From positions 1,645,591 to 1,709,590 of the forward strand of contig CBDFLW010000004.1 in the NCBI GenBank assembly GCA_965249355.1: a stretch of 64,000 nucleotides of DNA. Direction: 5' to 3'. Both the position numbers and the translations under genes were made by a program. Below, in pieces: positions 55,792 to 64,000 of this stretch; within the stretch, counting starts at the first letter, position 1; every line of letters begins with the position of its first letter. Source of the stretch: Dehalococcoidia bacterium. Lineage in GTDB: Bacteria > Chloroflexota > Dehalococcoidia > Lucifugimonadales > UBA3495. The notes below the pieces were generated by a model that was not told where the DNA came from, did no database searches, and worked only from the letters and a program-made list of their open reading frames with translations.

Positions 55792-57378
55792 CTATTCCCA
55801 TTCGATGGTTCCCGGCGGTTTGCTGGTGATGTCGTAGACCACGCGGTTGACGCCTTGCACCTCATTGACGATGCGGTTCGAAATACGGGACAGCACCTCG
55901 TAGGGCAGGCGCACCCAGTCGGCGGTCATGGCGTCCTCGCTGGTAACGCAGCGAATGGCGCAGACGTAGCCGTAGGTGCGTAAGTCGCCCTGGACGCCCA
56001 CCGTGCGGCTGTCGCTGAGCACCGCGAAGCTCTGCCAGACCCGGTTGTAAAGGTCGGCGCCCTTAATTTCGTCGATCACGATCCAGTCGCAGGCTCGCAG
56101 CATGTCCAGCTTTTCATTCGTGACCTCGCCGATGATCCGGATGGCCAGACCGGGTCCCGGGAAGGGCTGGCGGTAGACCATATCCGGCGGCAGCCCCAGT
56201 TCCAGTCCTACGTCCCGCACCTCGTCCTTGAACAGGTAGCGCAGCGGCTCCACCAGTTGCAGCCTCATATTCTCCGGCAGCCCGCCCACGTTGTGGTGGG
56301 TCTTGATGCGGGCTGACAGTCCTGCCCCAGGCGAGGAACTATTTGGTGCCTCGCTCTCGATTACGTCGGGGTACAGGGTGCCCTGGGCTAGGAATTCGAC
56401 CTCTCCCAAGCCCGCCGCGGCTTCTTCGAAGACGTGGATGAACTCCTCGCCGATTACCTTGCGCTTGGTTTCCGGATCGGTGACGCCAGCCAGCTTGCTG
56501 ACGAATCGCTCGGCGGCATCCACATAGGCAAGGTTCAGTCCCATCCCGCGCCGGAAAGTGGCCTGAACACGCTCGGCCTCCTCCAGCCGGAGCAGCCCGT
56601 TGTTGACGAAGATGCAGTTTAGCTGGTCACCGATGGCCCGGTGCAGCAGGGCGGCCGTAACCGCTGAGTCCACGCCGCCCGACAGCGCACAGATGACGCG
56701 CTCGTCACCAACCTGCTCGCGGATGCGGGCGATGGCGTCTGCGGCCACGTTGCCGGGCGTCCACGAGCCCTCACAGCCGCAGATCCGGAACAGGAAGTTC
56801 TCGAGGATGTCCACACCCAGGGGAGTGTGATTCACCTCGGGGTGGAACTGCAGGCCGAACATATCCTGGCCGTTGCCGATGGCGGCCACCGGCGAGTTCT
56901 CGGTGAAGGCCAGGCTGCTGAAGCCGTGGGGCAACTCCTCCACCCGGTCGCCGTGGCTCATCCACACTTGGAACGATGGAGGCAGGCCGTGAAACAGCGA
57001 GGGGCGTCCGCCGGGCAGTCCCCAGCCCGCCGATGCGCTGTCCTGATGCAGGGTGGCATGGCCGAACTCCTGCTTGGTTCCCCGGGCCACCGCCCCGCCC
57101 AGCTGGTGCACCAGTGCCTGCATCCCGTAGCAGATGCCCAGCACCGGGAGCTTCCGCTCGAAAACCCAGTCGGGGATGCGCGGAGCGCCCTCATCGTAAA
57201 CGCTGGCAGGGCCTCCGGAGAGAATAATGCCCTTGGGGTTAATTCGCTCCATTTTCTCCCAGGAGTCGAATGGATTGGCGATTTCGGAGTAGACTTTCAG
57301 TTCGCGGATGCGCCGGGCGATGAGGTGGCTGTACTGCGAACCGAAGTCGATGACGGCGATCCCCTCGTTGACCTGCAT
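55792..57378 (-). CDS. guaA: GMP synthase (glutamine-hydrolyzing)
   Basis: [20 protein letters not shown] from ATG 57378; [16 protein letters not shown], and the C-terminus [14 protein letters not shown]. Confidence 0.9.
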   Translation of the reverse strand: MQVNEGIAVIDFGSQYSHLIARRIRELKVYSEIANPFDSWEKMERINPKGIILSGGPASVYDEGAPRIPDWVFERKLPVLGICYGMQALVHQLGGAVARGTKQEFGHATLHQDSASAGWGLPGGRPSLFHGLPPSFQVWMSHGDRVEELPHGFSSLAFTENSPVAAIGNGQDMFGLQFHPEVNHTPLGVDILENFLFRICGCEGSWTPGNVAADAIARIREQVGDERVICALSGGVDSAVTAALLHRAIGDQLNCIFVNNGLLRLEEAERVQATFRRGMGLNLAYVDAAERFVSKLAGVTDPETKRKVIGEEFIHVFEEAAAGLGEVEFLAQGTLYPDVIESEAPNSSSPGAGLSARIKTHHNVGGLPENMRLQLVEPLRYLFKDEVRDVGLELGLPPDMVYRQPFPGPGLAIRIIGEVTNEKLDMLRACDWIVIDEIKGADLYNRVWQSFAVLSDSRTVGVQGDLRTYGYVCAIRCVTSEDAMTADWVRLPYEVLSRISNRIVNEVQGVNRVVYDITSKPPGTIEWE

Positions 57379-57837
57379 GGTGGAGCCGGGCGACTCGGCG
57401 TCCACGACCTGTGCGATCTCCAGGTAAGCCGACAGCTCCAGGTCGTCGCTGGCGGCAACTCTCCGGCCCAAGGGCAGCTTCGATGTAGTCGTGGCGGGCC
57501 TCCTTCGGCGGGCAACGCCGACTTTTTGCGGCCGTCCCGGGTGTCTGTCCCGCAACTAGAACAAGCCTGTGAATTGCCCGTCATTATACTGGCAGCCGGG
57601 CCTGGATACTATATGTTGTAGAAGAAGCGGGCGGGATAGTCGAAGCCGTGGCGGCAGCGCAACGAGAATCGGCATTATCGGGCCGTCGACTGGTGCGCAG
57701 AGCCATCTTAATCCTGGATACAGGGAATCCAGTCCTCCCTCCGCAATGAAACTTCCCAGCCGTGAGCTGGTTCGCATTTTCGCAAAGGTTCGCAAAAGGG
57801 GGAATGATGTTGAAAAAGAGAGGCCGTTTCAGCCTTA

Positions 57838-57866
57838 TTGACCCGCCCGTACCTGCGTGGTAGCTT
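57838..57866 (+). promoter_or_regulatory. sigma70-like promoter candidate TTGACC-N17-TAGCTT
   Basis: TTGACC at 57838-57843 and TAGCTT at 57861-57866, 31 nt before ATG 57898. Confidence 0.3.
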
Positions 57867-57897
57867 GACCGGAAAGACACGCAGCCGGCGAGTGGGT

Positions 57898-59529
57898 ATG
57901 AGCGAACAGCAGACAGGGGAACGATCGGAAAAGGCGCTTCCGTGGGAGACCACCATCGGGCAGGTCCTCGAACGGATCACCAACGCTGACCCGGACAAGA
58001 CCTTCGTGGAAATCGGCGGCACCTCATATTCCTACCGCGAGATCCGCAACGGTGTGCTTGGGACGGCCGCCATGTTCCGGGACATGGGAGTGCAGCACGG
58101 CGACCGGGTGTGCCTGTTCATGCCAAACTGTGTCGAATACCTGTACTGCTGGTTCGGGCTGTCTGAGCTGGGCGCCATCAGCGTGCCCATCAACAGCGCC
58201 TACCGCCGCGACGAGACCGCCTACATCCTGAACAACGCCGAGGCCGTGGCGCTGGTTACCGACCCGTCGCTAGCCGACGTAGCGGGCGCAGCCGCAGACC
58301 TCGCCCCGAGCATCCGCCACCGCGTCCTGCGGGGCGACGATCCGGCGGGCGACGGGTGGACATCGTTCCGCGATGCCTTCGACCGGGCCGCCCCGTTGGC
58401 GGAGCGTCTCGAGGTCTCGCCCGATGATGTTTCCATGCTGGTCTACACATCGGGCACCACGGGCAACCCCAAGGGCGTGATGGTCACCCACGGTATGTAC
58501 GCCGCCGCCGGCCAGGGGTTCAAGCACTGGACGCAGGCCACTTCCGACGACCGGTTCTTCACCTGCCTGCCCTTCTATCACGCCAACATCCAGTACTACT
58601 CGACCATGGGGGCGCTGGCCGCCGGAGCCACGCTGGTCATCGTCGACCGCTTCAGCGCGTCGCGGTTCTGGGAACAGGTGCGCGAGGCCCGGGCCACGGT
58701 GGTCAACTTCATCGGCATGATGATGCCCGTGCTGGCCAAGAATCCGGAGCAGCCCGACGACGCCGACAACACCGTGCGGCTGTTCTACGGATCGCCGTCC
58801 TTCTCCCCGGAATTCCTGTCAGAGTTCCAGGAAAGGTTCTCCACCGACATAATCGTGGGTTTCGGGATGACCGAGACCTGCTATGGCACCATCGAGGCAA
58901 TCCGCGAGGACCGGCGTTCCGGCTCCTCGGGCCGCCCGCGCCAGCATCCCGACCCGCGGTTCGAGAACGTCGTCCGCATCGCCGACGCCGAAACGGGAGT
59001 GCACGTCGGTCCCAACACCGTGGGCGAGATCACCATCAAAAATCCCGCCGTGATGCCGGGCTACTGGCGCAACGACGAGCAGAACCGGGAGACGCTCCGC
59101 GATGGCTGGCTGTACACCGGCGACCTGGGCTGGCTGGACGACGACCGCTTTCTCTACTTTGTCGACCGCAAGAAGGACATAATCCGCCGCCGCGGGGAGA
59201 ACATATCCTCTCAGGAAGTGGAGAACGTCATCAAGGCCAACCCCAATGTCCTCGACTGCGCCGTGGTGGCAGTGCCCTCGGAACTGGGGGAGGACGAGGT
59301 CAAGGCCTACGTGACGCCTCGCCTCGGAGCCACTGTCAACCCCGAGGAAGTCGTTTACTGGTGCGCCGAGCGCTTGGCCTACTTCAAGGTTCCCCGCTAC
59401 TGGGAGGTCCGGGACGAGCTTCCACGCACTCCCAGCCTGCGTGTCCGCAAAGACGTGCTGCGCCAAGAACGGGAGGACCTGATCGAGGGCTGCTACGACC
59501 GGGAGGCCGCCGGCATTCGCCTGCGCTGA
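57898..59529 (+). CDS. AMP-dependent acyl-CoA ligase (CaiC-like)
   Basis: LVYTSGTTGNPKGVMVTHG, GFGMTET, GDLGWLDDDRFLYFVDRKKDIIRRRGENISSQEVE. Confidence 0.9.
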   Translation: MSEQQTGERSEKALPWETTIGQVLERITNADPDKTFVEIGGTSYSYREIRNGVLGTAAMFRDMGVQHGDRVCLFMPNCVEYLYCWFGLSELGAISVPINSAYRRDETAYILNNAEAVALVTDPSLADVAGAAADLAPSIRHRVLRGDDPAGDGWTSFRDAFDRAAPLAERLEVSPDDVSMLVYTSGTTGNPKGVMVTHGMYAAAGQGFKHWTQATSDDRFFTCLPFYHANIQYYSTMGALAAGATLVIVDRFSASRFWEQVREARATVVNFIGMMMPVLAKNPEQPDDADNTVRLFYGSPSFSPEFLSEFQERFSTDIIVGFGMTETCYGTIEAIREDRRSGSSGRPRQHPDPRFENVVRIADAETGVHVGPNTVGEITIKNPAVMPGYWRNDEQNRETLRDGWLYTGDLGWLDDDRFLYFVDRKKDIIRRRGENISSQEVENVIKANPNVLDCAVVAVPSELGEDEVKAYVTPRLGATVNPEEVVYWCAERLAYFKVPRYWEVRDELPRTPSLRVRKDVLRQEREDLIEGCYDREAAGIRLR

Positions 59530-59765
59530 ATACACCAACCAGTTGACCGAGGAGTCCCCTATCCTGCGAGGAAATGGTCAGGGCGAGGGCAAAATCTGGT
59601 AATGAACGAGACGGCTGCAAGGATTTTGGTCTGTTGCCCTGAGCATAGCGAATGGTCTCACTGACTTGATTGAGATTCTTCGATCTCCTCAGAACGAAAG
59701 CATGCTATGAACTGGACAATTCGATGGCGAATTTGCCATTGCCCCTGTGTAGTGGAGGACCGAAT

Positions 59766-60242
59766 ATGCCTGAACCCAAATACTGGCTGTTCAAGTCTGA
59801 ACCGTTGGCCTACTCCTTCGACGACCTGCTCAGCGAGCCGGACCAGACGGCGGAGTGGGACGGTGTGCGCAACTACCAGGCCCGCAATTTTATGCGCGAC
59901 GACATGAAGGTGGGCGACCGGGTGCTGTTCTACCACAGCAGCGCCAAACCCACGGCGGTGGTGGGAACTGCGCGTATCGTCAGGGAAGCCTACCCCGATG
60001 CAACGGCATGGGATCCGAACGACAAGCACTACGACCTCAAGAGCAGCCCCGGCGAGACCGTCTGGACGGTCGTGGAAATCCGGGCTGAGGAGCGACTGAC
60101 CAACCCGGTGACGCTGCAGGCGGTCAAGGCCAACCCCAAGCTCAAGGACATGCTGCTCATCCGCAAAGGCCAGCGTCTTTCCATCCAGCCGGTAACCAGA
60201 GAGGAATTCGAAGAGGTCATCGCCATGGGCAATCAGGGATGA
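59766..60242 (+). CDS. EVE-domain (PUA-like) protein
   Basis: KYWLFKSEPLAYSFDDL...WDGVRNYQARNFMRDDMKVGDRVLFYHS...VVGTARIVREAYPD is the typical EVE/THYN1-like sequence. Confidence 0.85.
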   Translation: MPEPKYWLFKSEPLAYSFDDLLSEPDQTAEWDGVRNYQARNFMRDDMKVGDRVLFYHSSAKPTAVVGTARIVREAYPDATAWDPNDKHYDLKSSPGETVWTVVEIRAEERLTNPVTLQAVKANPKLKDMLLIRKGQRLSIQPVTREEFEEVIAMGNQG

Positions 60243-60441
60243 TACATTCCTCCACTCTCTCAGAAACTTGGCCGGGTTCCCCCGTGGGTTGTCATTCCGG
60301 GCGGGGCGAGGAATCTCACCCTCGGCTGCAAGAATTCTTGCTGCACCAGGGCCGATCGCTATGAGGATTTCCCAGATGTCCCGCTCTCCCTTTGCGTGGG
60401 TGTCGAGACGAGGCAAGACCGGAGAACCGAGGTAGGGAGCA

Positions 60442-61251
60442 ATGCCCAACTATAAATACGAGACACTGATTGTCGAACAGACCGGCAAGGTCCTGACCAT
60501 CACTCTCAACCGCCCGGAAAGCCTGAACGCGGTCAATGAAGTGATGCACCGGGAGATCGAGGATGTCTTTCACGAGGTGGGCCGCGACCCGGATGTCAGC
60601 GCCGTCGTGCTCACGGGCGCCGGCCGCGGCTTTTGTTCCGGCGGCGACGTGCGGGCCATGGACGAGCGCGGCGGGGCCATCGCCTTGCAGGACCGGCCCA
60701 TCGGCGCAATCTCGCCCAGCGGCCGCCGCATCGTCCAGAACATACTCTGGGTTGAGCAGCCGGTCATCTGCGCCCTGAACGGCGTGGCGGCAGGCCTGGG
60801 GGCCACTCTGGCGCTGTTCTGCGACGTCATCTACGCCTCCGATCGCGCCCGCATCGGTGATACCCACGTACGGGCCGGGCTGGTGGCCGGCGACGGCGGG
60901 GCTGTCATCTGGCCGCTGCTGGTGGGCGTGGCCAAGGCCAAGGAACTGCTAATGACCGGCGACATCATCGACGCCGCAGAGGCCGAGCGCATCGGCTTGG
61001 TCAACCGCGTAGTGCCCCACGACGACCTGATGGACACGGTGATGGAGCTAGCCCAGCGGCTGGCTGATGGCCCGGCCCTGGCCATTCGCGGCACCAAGCA
61101 CGCCATCAACAAGAAGGTCTGGAACCACCTGAACCAGGCGCTCGACCTCGGCCTGTCGCTGGAGGCCCGTAGCGCGCGACATCCCGACCACGCCGAGGCA
61201 GCCCGCGCCTTCGTCGAGAAGCGGACTCCACAGTACAAAGGCACCATCTAG
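60442..61251 (+). CDS. enoyl-CoA hydratase/isomerase (crotonase) family protein
   Basis: ITLNRPESLNAV, VVLTGAGRGFCSGGDV, PVICALNGVAAGLGATLAL. Confidence 0.9.
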   Translation: MPNYKYETLIVEQTGKVLTITLNRPESLNAVNEVMHREIEDVFHEVGRDPDVSAVVLTGAGRGFCSGGDVRAMDERGGAIALQDRPIGAISPSGRRIVQNILWVEQPVICALNGVAAGLGATLALFCDVIYASDRARIGDTHVRAGLVAGDGGAVIWPLLVGVAKAKELLMTGDIIDAAEAERIGLVNRVVPHDDLMDTVMELAQRLADGPALAIRGTKHAINKKVWNHLNQALDLGLSLEARSARHPDHAEAARAFVEKRTPQYKGTI

Positions 61252-61272
61252 CGCGAACCGGATTCAGGGGCG

Positions 61273-62835
61273 GTGATCATGCCCAACAGCGATACCAGCG
61301 CAGCCCGCGGCTTCCACGACGCCACCAAGCTCAGTTACATTAACCTTGCCACCAAGCCGCCCCTTTACAAGTCATACGCCGGGCTGCCGACGGTGGGCCT
61401 CCCGTTGGAAATGCCATCCCCGGATGCTCCCACGCTGCCAGCAGTCGCCGGCGTGATGTCCACGCCGCAGGGGCCGCTGGACCTGGAGGCGATTGCCCAG
61501 CTGCTGCACTATTCCGCCGGCCTGATACGCCGCAGCACCCTGCGGACGGCGGGGGAGGTGCACTACCGTGCTGCCGCCTCGGCCGGTGCGCTGTACCCCA
61601 TCGAACTGTACCTGGTCTCAGCCGACTTGCCCGGCCTGGCCGCTGGCATCTACCATTACTCGCCCTCGGGTAACTCGCTCTCGTTGCTGCGTTCCGGCGA
61701 CTTCCGTGGCAACCTGGCTGCTTCGGCGGCAGGCCATCCGGGCATCGCCGAGGCCCCCGCCACCATCGTCTGTACCTGCGTATTCTGGCGCAGTGCCTGG
61801 AAGTACCGCGAGCGCGGCTATCGCTACTGCTACTGGGACAACGGGACCATCCTCGCTAACATGACTGCCACCGCCAACGCCCTGGGCCAGCCCGCCGAGA
61901 TCGTTGCCGGGTTCGACGATGCGGACGTCGACGCGCTGCTGGGCCTAGAGTCTACCAGCGAGGCTACCATCTGCCTCTTCCCCATCGGTGCGGGTAGTCC
62001 TGCTCCTGCCGCCGTTGAGCCGCTGGAAGCTGTGGACGCCGGTATCCTGGGCGTAGAGCGGCGGACCGAGTACCCGGAAACTCGCGCTCTGCACGAAGGC
62101 TCGGTCCTCAGCGGCTCTAAGGAAGTAGCAGCCTGGCTGGATGGCGCCGTGTCCCCGGAAAGTGCCACAGGAAATGTAAAGTGGGTGGAGTCCTCACCCC
62201 TGGGAACGACCGTCGCGCATCGTGGCTCGACGCGCCGGTTTTCCCGCGAGCCGATGCCCACCGGGCGGCTGGAGGCGCTGCTGGTCGCCTCGACCTCCCC
62301 GGTGCCAGCCGACTACGGCGGTGGGCTGATCGACACCTACCTGATCGTCAACGCCGCGGAGGGAATCGCTCCGGGCGCCTATTTCTACTCTCCCGAAGAG
62401 GGGATGTTGGAGTTGCTGCAGGGGGGCGAGTTCCGTGAGGAGGCGGGCCACCTGTGCTTCGAGCAGGCCCTCGGCGCGGACTCCAGTGCCGTGGCCTACT
62501 TCATGGCAGATCTGGATGCTGTCCTGGCACGCTTTGGCAACCGCGGCTACCGCATCGCGCAGTTGGAGGCGGGCATCATCGGCGGGCGGATGTACCTGGC
62601 CAGCCATGCCATGGGGCTGGGCGCCACCGGCATGACCTTCTACGACGACGCCGTTCCGGCCTTCTTTTCGCCCCACGCGGCGGGCAAGAGCCTGATGTTC
62701 CTGGTCGGGTTGGGACTGACCCACGAACGCAACCAGGTGCATCCGTTCCGCTCCCGAATCGGTATCCTCAAGGACTCACTGGCCCGGGGAGCGGGCGCGC
62801 AGGGCCGGCCAGTGCCGGACTGGCTGTATGCCTGA
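61273..62835 (+). CDS. SagB/ThcOx-family (tandem nitroreductase-like) dehydrogenase
   Basis: About 520 aa. FHDATKLSY at the N-terminus; two nitroreductase-like halves (AASAGALYPIELY.., YRYCYWDNG.. and GSTRRFSREP.., GYRIAQLEAGIIG). Confidence 0.7.
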   Translation: MIMPNSDTSAARGFHDATKLSYINLATKPPLYKSYAGLPTVGLPLEMPSPDAPTLPAVAGVMSTPQGPLDLEAIAQLLHYSAGLIRRSTLRTAGEVHYRAAASAGALYPIELYLVSADLPGLAAGIYHYSPSGNSLSLLRSGDFRGNLAASAAGHPGIAEAPATIVCTCVFWRSAWKYRERGYRYCYWDNGTILANMTATANALGQPAEIVAGFDDADVDALLGLESTSEATICLFPIGAGSPAPAAVEPLEAVDAGILGVERRTEYPETRALHEGSVLSGSKEVAAWLDGAVSPESATGNVKWVESSPLGTTVAHRGSTRRFSREPMPTGRLEALLVASTSPVPADYGGGLIDTYLIVNAAEGIAPGAYFYSPEEGMLELLQGGEFREEAGHLCFEQALGADSSAVAYFMADLDAVLARFGNRGYRIAQLEAGIIGGRMYLASHAMGLGATGMTFYDDAVPAFFSPHAAGKSLMFLVGLGLTHERNQVHPFRSRIGILKDSLARGAGAQGRPVPDWLYA

Positions 62836-62836
62836 G

Positions 62837-63050
62837 GAGGGTACGCCCTCACCCCCTCACCCGGAGGGTACGCCCTCACCCTAGTCCTCACCCGGAGGGT
62901 ACGCCCTCACCCTAGTCCTCACCCTAGCCCTCTCGCAGAAGGACAGGGAGCAGTCGGGAATCCTTTGCCGAGAGAGGGGACATTTAGGGTCCCTCTCGCA
63001 GACGGAGATGGAACAGGCGGGAATCCTCTCCTTGAGTGGGGACGAACAGA
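62837..63050. repeat. intergenic tandem repeat block: 3 x GGAGGGTACGCCCTCACC units, then 2 x ~63-bp units
   Basis: GGAGGGTACGCCCTCACC at 62837, 62863 and 62894. CCCTCTCGCAGA(A/C)GGA..CGGGAATCCT units start at 62928 and 62991. Confidence 0.85.
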
Positions 63051-63055
63051 GGTTG

Positions 63056-63898
63056 TCACCCGATGGCCAGCTTCCTGATGTGCTGCAGGGCCATCTGCAT
63101 ATGCCATTCCATTGCCCCCAAGCCGACCACTCGCACGCCCACATCGAAATAGCGGCGGGCCGAATCGGCCATGGCGTCAAAGTCCGGAGAGTCCAGCCCC
63201 ATGTTGTACATGATGGCCGCGCCGTAGCGCTCACCGGTCTCCACCGCGTTCTCCAGCAACCGCATGACCTTGGGGTCGTCGTACTTGAAGGGCACGCCGA
63301 GAATCTTGGTGATGTCGCCGGCGGCCAGCCAGACCAGCCGGATGCCGTCGATGGCGAGGATCTCGTCGAGGTCGCGCAGGCCACCCTCGCTCTCCACGGT
63401 GGGGACCACCAGCGTCCCCTCGCGGGTCTTGGCGTTGAACTCCGGGAACTCCTCGGCGGAATTGAAGCGGCGCAGGTGAATCAGCCGGTGCCAGTCGTCG
63501 CGCAGGCCCATCAGCTCCTGCACCTCCTCCTTGGAACTGACCGAGACGGTGACGGCGGTTGCGCCCAGCGCCAGGGCGCGGGCTGCGTCGGAGACGGTGC
63601 GGCGGTCGGTGCCCGTGGCCCAAGGGAACGCCTGTACCCGGATGAGCGGCGAGATGCCGGTGCCTCTCGCCGCCCGGATCAGGTGAGCAATGTTGTCCCA
63701 GTCGTGGGCCGTGAACATCATGTCGGCCATGAAGGCATCTATGCCCGCAATGCCAGCTACCTCCACCATGTTGGGGTGGCTGAACACATATGCGCAAAGC
63801 GAGGGCTGCCTCGTGTCCAGGTTGTGCAGCAGACGGTCGGTGGCGGGAGTGGGAAACAGCACGGCGCACCTCATAGGGCCATCAGGCCGATTGGTCAT
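63056..63898 (-). CDS. HpcH/HpaI aldolase-family protein
   Basis: GIDAFMADMMFTAH, PLIRVQ, PTVESEGGLRDLDEILAIDGIRLVWLAAGD are compatible with the TIM-barrel HpcH/citrate-lyase-beta family. Start is uncertain (ATG 63898 or 63874). Confidence 0.65.
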   Translation of the reverse strand: MTNRPDGPMRCAVLFPTPATDRLLHNLDTRQPSLCAYVFSHPNMVEVAGIAGIDAFMADMMFTAHDWDNIAHLIRAARGTGISPLIRVQAFPWATGTDRRTVSDAARALALGATAVTVSVSSKEEVQELMGLRDDWHRLIHLRRFNSAEEFPEFNAKTREGTLVVPTVESEGGLRDLDEILAIDGIRLVWLAAGDITKILGVPFKYDDPKVMRLLENAVETGERYGAAIMYNMGLDSPDFDAMADSARRYFDVGVRVVGLGAMEWHMQMALQHIRKLAIG

Positions 63899-64000
63899 TG
63901 GAAAAGGCTGGGCAAGTGTAGCGGAAAAGGGCCTACCGCTCAAAGGTGGGCCCTGCCGGTCAGCGAGTCGCAGCACTGTAATCAATCAACCACCGTTATT

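Overview
GC-rich bacterial chromosomal segment annotated by eye from the sequence and ORF track; no searches were run. It is densely packed with catabolic and redox enzymes, many as paralog pairs: luciferase-like (LLM) flavin oxidoreductases, amidohydrolase-2 proteins, SMP-30, NHL and 7-bladed lactonase propellers, amidases, nitroreductases and acyl-CoA ligases. It also carries a Mo-hydroxylase large subunit, an MhpD-type hydratase, an HpcH aldolase and cis-CaaD-like tautomerases. This gene content resembles marine Chloroflexota such as SAR202, but that is inference only. The minus strand at 48-57.4 kb carries a purine cluster: guaA-purD-[2 unknowns]-purE-HAD-purB-purC-[2x DUF3105]-purS. A BMP-type ABC transporter operon lies at 41-47 kb. 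One tRNA-Ala(GGC) is present; no rRNA or CRISPR array was seen. Mobile and repeat content is the most distinctive layer. There is an IS66-family element with an intact 8-bp target duplication but a frameshifted transposase. An IS110-family element sits nested inside a MITE. A second, pristine copy of that MITE has perfect 17-bp inverted repeats and a 10-bp duplication. At least two dispersed REP-like hairpin families are present. Several genes look decayed or mis-assembled: a three-fragment gene mosaic at 5.1-6.1 kb, a frameshift inside a 60-bp coding repeat, an in-frame TAG splitting a Cys-repeat lipoprotein, and a frameshifted DUF3105 paralog. No recognisable complete novel system such as a defence island was found. 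The best candidates for follow-up are two unknown genes translationally coupled to purD, the tautomerase-like pair inside the ABC operon, a 59-codon GatC/AtzG-like ORF upstream of an amidase, and the structured non-coding left end of the IS110 element (bridge-RNA candidate).
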